From an uncultured Planctomycetaceae bacterium (lineage in GTDB: Bacteria > Planctomycetota > Planctomycetia > Planctomycetales > Planctomycetaceae): a stretch of 64,000 bases of DNA. The stretch lies in NCBI GenBank assembly GCA_963976765.1, contig CAXBME010000020.1, positions 62,001 to 126,000 on the forward strand, in the 5' to 3' direction. The translations under genes were made by a program, and so were the position numbers. Position 1 is the stretch's first letter; the number at the start of each line of letters is the position of its first letter. The notes beneath the pieces are model-generated. The model made no database searches. It saw only the letters and a list, made by a program, of their open reading frames with translations, and was not told the DNA's origin. Positions 57,103 to 64,000 of the stretch are shown here, one piece after another.

Positions 57103-58134
57103 TTAGACTTTGCCGAAGATTGTCTGGCCTGAAGATTTCAGGTCGTCGCAGGCTTCGCCCATGCGAGTGGCGACGCCGTTTTCGCCGAGCTTGATGTAAG
57201 AGCGTGGGTCGTAGACTTTCTTGGATCCAATCTCGCCGTCGATCTTCAGGACGCCGTCATAATTCTTCATGATGTGGTCGACGACCGGCCGCGTGAATGC
57301 GTACTGCGTGTCGGTGTCGATGTTCATCTTGATGACGCCGTAATCGAGCGTTTCTTGAAGCTGGTCGCTCGGAGTTCCAGATCCACCATGGAAGACGAGG
57401 TCGAATTCTGCTTCTTTGCCGAACTTGCTGATCACTGCTGCCTGGCCGTTCTTCAGGATTTCAGGTCGCAGTTTGACGGCACCCGGCTTGTAGTGGCCGT
57501 GAACGTTGCCGAAAGTCGCGGCGAACATGTACCGGCCGATTCCGCTCAGTTGCTCATGCACGTAAACCATATCTTCAGGAGTCGTGTAAAGCTTTTCTGC
57601 CGGCATGTCGCTGTGGTCGATGCCGTCTTCTTCACCGCCGACAACGCCAGCTTCGACTTCCAGAATGATTTCGTTTTCCGCACACACCTTCAGCAAATCT
57701 TTGGCGATTTCCATGTTCGCGACGATGTCGAGCTCCGACCCGTCGAACATGTGCGAGTTGAACAGGTTGCCGTTTCCGGCAGCGCGTCGCTCGGCGGTGG
57801 CGGCGATCAGCGGTCGCAGGAAGCTGTCGACTTTCTTCGGCTGGCAGTGGTCGGTGTGCAGGCCGATCAGGATGTCGTACTTTTCGGCGAGTCGGTGCGC
57901 GGCTTCGGCAAGGACGAGCGTTCCGAAGACTGCGTCCTTGACGTTGAGACCGGATGCGAATTCGCCGGCGCCGGTCGAGAACTGAATGATTCCGTCAGAG
58001 CCTTTATCGGCAAATCCTTTCAGGGCTCCATTGATCGTGGCAATCGACGTGACGTTGATTGCAGGGTAGGCGTACCCACCTTGCTGAGCGGCGTCGAGCA
58101 TGGCAGCGTACTGGGCGGGAGTGGCGATAGGCAT
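57103..58134 (-). CDS. fbaA: Class II fructose-bisphosphate aldolase
   Basis: MPIATPAQY, PAINV, HTDHC, SHMFDGS, GVVGGEEDG, FGNVHG, VFHGGSG, KMNIDTD, YDPR. Confidence 0.97.
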   Translation of the reverse strand: MPIATPAQYAAMLDAAQQGGYAYPAINVTSIATINGALKGFADKGSDGIIQFSTGAGEFASGLNVKDAVFGTLVLAEAAHRLAEKYDILIGLHTDHCQPKKVDSFLRPLIAATAERRAAGNGNLFNSHMFDGSELDIVANMEIAKDLLKVCAENEIILEVEAGVVGGEEDGIDHSDMPAEKLYTTPEDMVYVHEQLSGIGRYMFAATFGNVHGHYKPGAVKLRPEILKNGQAAVISKFGKEAEFDLVFHGGSGTPSDQLQETLDYGVIKMNIDTDTQYAFTRPVVDHIMKNYDGVLKIDGEIGSKKVYDPRSYIKLGENGVATRMGEACDDLKSSGQTIFGKV

Positions 58135-58458
58135 TCTGAATTCATCCTTTGTTGACAGTGGCGAACAGAGTCGCGGCGATTTTTGACGCCACGTCTGCGA
58201 AAGCTTCCGCGGCGCGCTCGATGACCTGTCGAGGTCGGGCGGTCTGCCTGCGGCGAGAGAAATCGGCTGGTGCCGAGAAATTTCGGTCAAAACCGAGCGG
58301 CAGCTTACCGGCTCCCGAAATCGAATCCAAGTATCAGGGGGTTGAGGTCAAAGTGGGGCACCAGTACCCCCGGCGAGAATCTGTTTCTGCTGACTGGCGG
58401 CTACCGGATCTACTGAGCGACCGGGTGCCTGTTCCTGCACAGAAACCATGAAAATGGT

Positions 58459-61314
58459 CTAATCCTTAACGGCTGATGCCGGTGTTGAGGCGACAATTTT
58501 CAAATCGTCAAACAGTACTTCTCCGAGGCCGTGCAGAGTCAGACGAAGGCGTAAATCGCTGTCGGTAGTAACTTCGCGAATGAGTTCGAACGTTTCCCAG
58601 CCACGAGTTTTCTTCCAGCGGGCCTTGGAGCCGGTGAGACTTTCGGTGACGGTCACGCCTTCAATCGATGCGGCGGGGCGAGCCTGAATTCGAATGCGAC
58701 CACTGATGTGGACGGTCTGTCCGGCTTTCAGCGGCAGGGGAGGCGTTGTGAGGGCGATCGGAATTCCTTCCAGAGCGATCGGAACCTCGGCGTTGGTATT
58801 CGGGACGGCCAGCAGTCGCAGAGCAAAACCGGACTGGCTGCCCAGCGATGCGAGTTCGGCTGCGGCGCGGACACCTTCGATGTCGTCCTGATGGTTGCCC
58901 CACCCGTCAGAGATCATTTGAGCGGTGTCGGTATTTTCAAAGCTTCCCGACGGCAATCGGTTTTCATAACCGGCGAAATGTGTTGCACCGAGTCGGCGGA
59001 CGAATCGCCAGTGCTCAGGCAGCGTCTGGTAACTGATTGTGTACGGGCTGGCGACGGGCGAGGAACGTTCTGCGATAGCGGCTTCCCAGTGTGCCCGCTG
59101 CAGAATTCGCAACGACTGCATTGCTCCCTGGCATTGAAGCCGCACGAACTCGGGTGTGGTCGTTGTGGCTGCGTAAGAGGTAGAGAACGAAGCCTGAGTT
59201 ATACCCTGACCGGAGTTCGAACCGTCGCCCAGCCGCTGAGCCGCCAGAATGAGATGTGAATTGGCGCGGGCAATCAGTTGCGGGCCGTCAGGAATTCCGT
59301 AACCCATATGCTGAAGTTCGGCGTCGACTCGCTGCACTCGTTGCAGTTTAGCTTTCGCCATTTCGTACCACAGGCGAGCGTTCTGGTCGCTGATCTGGCT
59401 GATCCGGTTCCTCAGGATGTTTCCCCAGTTGGGATCGGTCGAGATAACCAGCGTGGCGATCTGATCGAAATTTTCGAGCGTCACGCGTGCGCCGGTCGAG
59501 CCGGGCTGCCGCCGAACGGTGTGGACTCCGGTGGTGGAAACTTTCCAGATGGTCGCCGTGTCGGGCACGCCGGGAATCACGATGTCGACCGTCTGAGCTG
59601 CCATTTGTCCGGGAACGAACTGAGCATCTTTCTGATACCACAGCGGAATCAGAAGCTGACCGTTGGGGCCGGTCATGATCGCCATTTCGATCACATCCGT
59701 GTTGTCTGAAACTGACCGCTGTTCCGTTTGCTGTTTTATTCGCTGCTGTTTGGCCAGCTCGCGTCTCTGGCGAGCTTCGCTGAGGTTTTCGAAATCGTTG
59801 TTTCTGATTTCTGCTGGTGATGACGCTACGGGAATTGCTATGCGCTGATGCTCAAGTACGGTCCACGAAGCCAGCCATGGTTCCAGCAGGCCGATCTCCT
59901 GATTCGTGATCGCGATTGCCAGGTCGCGCTCTTTGGCTCCGGTAAAAGCATCATCGAAGGAAGTGCGTTTCCAGTAGCCGATGCCGCGTGCGCCGGCGGA
60001 AAGTCCGGTCCAGGCAAGCTGTCGAATTAACTCCGGCTCGATCACCGGCAACGGATCCGGCAGGGCGTTGCCGTTGGGTTCCGGCTCGGTTTGAACCCAG
60101 GTCGTGACGAACGTTCCGGGGCGAAGCAGTCGCCGTTTCTGAGTCAGAAACTGTCGGTAGTCGTGCAGCGAAAACTCGGTCTGCAGCGGATGTCGCGTGA
60201 GGCCGATACCGTCCAGCAGACGCGAATACGACCGCTCAAGACCGCCTATGTCACCGATGATTGGTCGCTGGGTGAGTCGGTCGGCCGCTCGGATGAGTCG
60301 CACCTGTGTGGTGACTTCGTCGCGAGCACTCGGCGGGATTCTGGTGCCCAGCAGCCAACCGAGGATTCCGTCGTATTTTGGTCCAAAGTCGTCCAGGCTG
60401 GGCACCGCAGTTCCGTCCAGGTCTTCACCCGAAACTCGACCGCGAGGCGGAGTGGCCAGGGACCAGATGCCAGCCTCGCCGAGTTTCTCGACGCTGGCGA
60501 GGTCGTTGTAATCTTTGATCCAGACAGCGTTCAGACCGAGTTCGCGAAGGCGTGCCGGCTCTTCGTCATGATGCGGCGCGAACCTCAGGACCGATGGCCG
60601 ACCGTTGACAATCAACCGGTCGAGCCGCATTTGAATGTCGGATCGGCGTTGCTCGGCGGGGTGTTCAGCACTGACCAGCACGATGGCCTGGCGAGGTGCT
60701 GCGTAGCCGGTCCAGCGAAGATCGTCGATAAAGATTTCGGTCGTTCCGGCCTGGAGTCCGACCAGCAGAATCGCTCGATCTATGTAGGCATCGTTCAGGT
60801 CCAGACTGACCGTACTGAACTCGGCGCGCAGTCTGGTGATCCGCTGCCGAATTTCTTCCTGCTGAGCCGTTGCTTTCAGCGTCTGCCACTCAGACGTTTT
60901 TGAATAAAGATCGCCACGCAACCACGCGGTCAACACCTCGCCGGTCGACGGGTTCTTCTGATGAGGGAAGACCATTCTGGTGGCGAGAATTGCTCCCGGT
61001 CGATTGGCTCGATACTCGACCGTCAACGAAAGATCGTCGATCGGGACGGACCGGGGGAGTTCGTGTTCGAGTCGGATGATCGGTCCGTTGCTCAAACTTG
61101 AAACCTGAAGATGTTCGGCAGCCTGGCCGCTGCGGCGGACGTAAAGGTTTCGGCGATGCTGTCGGACCTGGATGCCCGAGCCGCGAGGAATCGTCGTTGT
61201 CCAGCTTGGCTTTTCACTGTCGAAGCCTTCGACAAAGTCGTCAGCGGAAAGCGATCGCCCAGCGATGAAACACGCGAGCGAAGCAACAACCAGTGTCGCC
61301 ACCATCCGGCACAT
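58459..61314 (-). CDS. Large exported hypothetical protein (CBM-like ends, TIM-barrel-like middle)
   Basis: Signal peptide MCRMVATLVVASLACFIAGRSLSA; N-domain ends IFIDDL, C-domain NRLPSGSFE...GEVLFDDL; middle GLNAVW..ILGWLLG..WVQT..GARGIGY. Start uncertain (up to 61497). Confidence 0.78.
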   Translation of the reverse strand: MCRMVATLVVASLACFIAGRSLSADDFVEGFDSEKPSWTTTIPRGSGIQVRQHRRNLYVRRSGQAAEHLQVSSLSNGPIIRLEHELPRSVPIDDLSLTVEYRANRPGAILATRMVFPHQKNPSTGEVLTAWLRGDLYSKTSEWQTLKATAQQEEIRQRITRLRAEFSTVSLDLNDAYIDRAILLVGLQAGTTEIFIDDLRWTGYAAPRQAIVLVSAEHPAEQRRSDIQMRLDRLIVNGRPSVLRFAPHHDEEPARLRELGLNAVWIKDYNDLASVEKLGEAGIWSLATPPRGRVSGEDLDGTAVPSLDDFGPKYDGILGWLLGTRIPPSARDEVTTQVRLIRAADRLTQRPIIGDIGGLERSYSRLLDGIGLTRHPLQTEFSLHDYRQFLTQKRRLLRPGTFVTTWVQTEPEPNGNALPDPLPVIEPELIRQLAWTGLSAGARGIGYWKRTSFDDAFTGAKERDLAIAITNQEIGLLEPWLASWTVLEHQRIAIPVASSPAEIRNNDFENLSEARQRRELAKQQRIKQQTEQRSVSDNTDVIEMAIMTGPNGQLLIPLWYQKDAQFVPGQMAAQTVDIVIPGVPDTATIWKVSTTGVHTVRRQPGSTGARVTLENFDQIATLVISTDPNWGNILRNRISQISDQNARLWYEMAKAKLQRVQRVDAELQHMGYGIPDGPQLIARANSHLILAAQRLGDGSNSGQGITQASFSTSYAATTTTPEFVRLQCQGAMQSLRILQRAHWEAAIAERSSPVASPYTISYQTLPEHWRFVRRLGATHFAGYENRLPSGSFENTDTAQMISDGWGNHQDDIEGVRAAAELASLGSQSGFALRLLAVPNTNAEVPIALEGIPIALTTPPLPLKAGQTVHISGRIRIQARPAASIEGVTVTESLTGSKARWKKTRGWETFELIREVTTDSDLRLRLTLHGLGEVLFDDLKIVASTPASAVKD

Positions 61315-61732
61315 TCTGTGGACGGCGACTTCGACCGCTCGCCTGCTGGAGTTCAGCCCGGATTCTTCCCTGAATCGGAACGACACAAATAACCCTCGAT
61401 GTTTCGGTGAACTGCGGATTCGTTGCCCGTGGTGAGTTTCTTTTGAATTTCGTGCCGAAGAGCCGGTCTGACTGAAGTCATTTCGTTGTCGCAACACCTC
61501 ATCGAACCGCTTCGCCTGACTGCACCTAAGTTCTGAAGTCTAAAGCACTTTACGCCACTCGCCAAGACGAAGCGTTGCTTTGTCGAAACGCTGCATCAAC
61601 TGACAATCTCCTTTGGTCGGAACCGGTAAGGTGCAATGCTGAAAGGGTTTAGAAAGAGACTCTTGTGAACGCCCCAGGCTCTGTACACAATCACGGCCCC
61701 TTCATTGAACGACCACCGGAGACGGATACGCC

Positions 61733-62008
61733 ATGAATTCGAACACGCGATTCCCCGACAGCGGCGAGAACGATCTGCCGCGCGAGCTGGTTGACCTGGC
61801 TCGGGCCATCGCAGCGTTGCCCGACGAGCATCAGACGGAACTTGAAGGCGTTTACACGCGAGTCGTGGACTCGGTGAAGCGTCGTCGTCGAATTCTGTCA
61901 CTGGTTCAGGAAGCGCTGGCTCAGCTTCGACTGGACATCAAATATCTGATGTTCGATCTTGAAGTGACCCGCAAGGAACGAGACGAACTCAAAGAGCGAC
62001 TCGACTGA
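61733..62008 (+). CDS. Small helical/coiled-coil protein, conserved-hypothetical type
   Basis: 91 aa with GGAG upstream; RRRRILSLVQEALAQLRLDIKYLMFDLEVTRKERD. Confidence 0.85.
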   Translation: MNSNTRFPDSGENDLPRELVDLARAIAALPDEHQTELEGVYTRVVDSVKRRRRILSLVQEALAQLRLDIKYLMFDLEVTRKERDELKERLD

Positions 62009-62112
62009 TGGTACTGCTGAAAATCGACTCGCCCACTTATCCCACCTGCTGGCCGCACTGAGCCGATCTCGCCTTACTGCTCAAAATCACCTCGCGGCTT
62101 ATTCAAACCCAA

Positions 62113-63222
62113 TCAATCCTTTGAACGCGACTCGCCATCATTCGAATCTTCGGATTCGATTGCTGCTGCGCCGTGGCTTTTCGGATTGTTGCTCCTGCAC
62201 ACGTCGTCGTCCGATGGCGGCTGACGACTCCACCATTGAGCGAGCAACGAGCCGGTCAGCATGCACCCGAATGTGTAGACCGCCGTGGGAATTGCCGCTG
62301 TCGGCTGGTCCTTGAATAATCCCAGGACGATCACCGTTCCCAGCCCGGCGTTCTGCATGCCGACTTCGAGTGTCAATGCTCTACGCATGCTCTGTTTGAG
62401 CTTCATGGCTCCGCCGCCGAAATAGCCGGAGCAATATCCCAGCAGGTTAATCAGCAGCAGCACAAGCAGCAGTTTGCCGGAGGATGCAGCTTCGTCGTCG
62501 AAGACGCCCAGCAGACGCTCGCGATTCAACGCGACGACGACGGCGATCAGCAGGACGATCGTTCCGTTTGCGATCAGCGGCGCCGCCTTCCGGGCAATAT
62601 TTGATCCCTGATCCCAGAATCGGCAAATGAAATGACCGATCAGGACCGGGCCGACAACCTGCTTGATCAGATTCAATGCCTCAGTCAGCGGATCGATTTT
62701 CACGAACGTACTCAAGGTTAACTGAAACGCCAGCGGCACAATGATCGGCGACAGGATCGTCGCAGACGTCGTCAGGCTGACGGAGTAGCTGACGTTTCCT
62801 CGCGCCGCGAGTGTCAGTACGTTCGACGCCATCGCTCCTGGCACGCAGCCGACCACGATGACTCCGATCAGGTATTCGCGTTCCAGTCCGAACAAGGTGC
62901 CCAGCCCCCACGCCAGCAGCGGCATCGCTGTGTACTGAATCAGAGTCCCGCCCAGAACCAGCGGCCAGCGCCTGAAGACTTCGTTCACTTCCGCAACACT
63001 GATCAGGCAGCCGATGCAGAACATGGTCAACTGAATCATGATGCCCAGCAGTGGTCGGGGCGTGCCGAACAGCAGGATTGAGTCGATTGATTCGACTTCG
63101 AAGTTGGCTGTCCAGAGAAACGGGTCGGCAATTCCGAAACGCGCCCACAGCAACGCCGCCGCGGAAGACAGAACGAGCCATGCCAGCATCGTCTTCTGAA
63201 TGAATTGTCCGGCTCGTTCCAT
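62113..63222 (-). CDS. Bile acid:sodium symporter (BASS) family transporter
   Basis: QYTAMPL, GCVPGAMASNV, GNVSYSV, EVGMQNAGLG. Confidence 0.93.
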   Translation of the reverse strand: MERAGQFIQKTMLAWLVLSSAAALLWARFGIADPFLWTANFEVESIDSILLFGTPRPLLGIMIQLTMFCIGCLISVAEVNEVFRRWPLVLGGTLIQYTAMPLLAWGLGTLFGLEREYLIGVIVVGCVPGAMASNVLTLAARGNVSYSVSLTTSATILSPIIVPLAFQLTLSTFVKIDPLTEALNLIKQVVGPVLIGHFICRFWDQGSNIARKAAPLIANGTIVLLIAVVVALNRERLLGVFDDEAASSGKLLLVLLLINLLGYCSGYFGGGAMKLKQSMRRALTLEVGMQNAGLGTVIVLGLFKDQPTAAIPTAVYTFGCMLTGSLLAQWWSRQPPSDDDVCRSNNPKSHGAAAIESEDSNDGESRSKD

Positions 63223-64000
63223 CAGCGATCGTCCTCGGTTGCAAGCTGTAGTTTCTCAATGAACTCATCGCTGAGACCGGCCTGTCGGCGAGCTTCCACC
63301 TGAAACACGTCACCCTTTGCTTTTACCGGGCGAAGCGGCCAGTCGAGGTGTTCGCAGAAGGCGTCCCAGTCGGTTTGCCCGGCGGGTTTGAGTTTTCGCA
63401 GCCACTCGATTCCGAAGGCGACGTGCTCGATTTCGTCGCGATGGATGACTCGCATGAGTGCGGCGCTGCGGTCGTCGCCGGCGGCTTCAAAGAACGATGC
63501 GAACTCAAGTGTGTGATCGAGGTTGCAGCCTTCAAACACCAGTGGCAGCGTTGCGATGTAGTCGAGGACGGACTTGAAATCGAGCGACTTCTTCCAGATG
63601 TATGAGTTGATCGGGAGCGTCCCAAAATCGACGCCCAGCATGGCGGCCCGTTCGGCGTGCATGCGAGTGTGTCGTTGTTCGTCCTGCATGATTCTGCAAA
63701 GGCCGATGCGGAAATCGGTCGGAGCGTCGGGGAAGAGCAGGGCGACGCGGGCCATTACCTCAAGAGCCTGGAGCTCGTGATTCGCAAAAATATGATGAGC
63801 GGTGGCTCGTCGAGCGACGTCTTTGAAAGCTCCGGGTCTGGGCATCGCAGCCGCTGCGCGACGCGGTGCAAACTTCAGATCGTCCGAGCGCGCAGGCTCG
63901 CGAACATCGACCAGCTCGCCGGGAATGTCATCGGTAAATTCGCCGGTTGCAGGCTTGAGCTTTTCAGCAAGCGATTCTGAAAACAAAACCTGCTCGGCGA
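63222..64000 (-). CDS. DUF455 family ferritin-like protein; 5' end outside the window
   Basis: Frame open to the edge (..AEQVLFSESLAEKL); ANHELQALE, DEQRH, EGCNLD, DEIEHVAFG; stop overlaps the BASS ATG. Confidence 0.88.
   Translation of the reverse strand, partial: AEQVLFSESLAEKLKPATGEFTDDIPGELVDVREPARSDDLKFAPRRAAAAMPRPGAFKDVARRATAHHIFANHELQALEVMARVALLFPDAPTDFRIGLCRIMQDEQRHTRMHAERAAMLGVDFGTLPINSYIWKKSLDFKSVLDYIATLPLVFEGCNLDHTLEFASFFEAAGDDRSAALMRVIHRDEIEHVAFGIEWLRKLKPAGQTDWDAFCEHLDWPLRPVKAKGDVFQVEARRQAGLSDEFIEKLQLATEDDR

Noticed and set aside
57274..58155. Long antisense ORFs such as 293 aa opposite fbaA, 291 aa opposite dgoD, 254 aa opposite the amidohydrolase
   Set aside because: Expected from codon bias in GC-rich genes; they overlap well-supported genes fully and show no motifs.

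Overview
64 kb of gene-dense, GC-rich core chromosome from a planctomycete. The assignment rests on two DUF1549/DUF1553 'planctomycete cytochrome c' + DUF1501 gene pairs, DUF1598 and several Tat-signalled enzymes. About 42 protein genes are supported: housekeeping genes (rnc, hisF, ruvA, fbaA, a PilT-type ATPase, a ROK kinase, an Ate/Bpt aminoacyl transferase), two sugar/sugar-acid catabolic clusters each divergent from a DUF1553-DUF1501 pair, an ABC exporter, a lone TolC-like lipoprotein, a DUF58-vWA pair and several exported proteins of unknown function. A large membrane/spermidine-synthase-like gene running off the left edge is missing from the ORF track. I saw no rRNA, tRNA, CRISPR array, transposase, integrase or prophage. 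The non-obvious signal is mostly intergenic: at least four families of short palindromic REP/REPIN/MITE-like elements, a consensus sigma54 promoter with an IHF-like site before an exported His-rich protein, a sigma28-like promoter before the TolC-like gene, a long hairpin in the rnc leader, and an orphan Tdi1/DUF1851-like immunity gene splitting one DUF1553-DUF1501 pair. No single new system is proven. Family calls come from motif recognition by eye, not database searches, and several start codons were moved downstream of the ORF-track starts.
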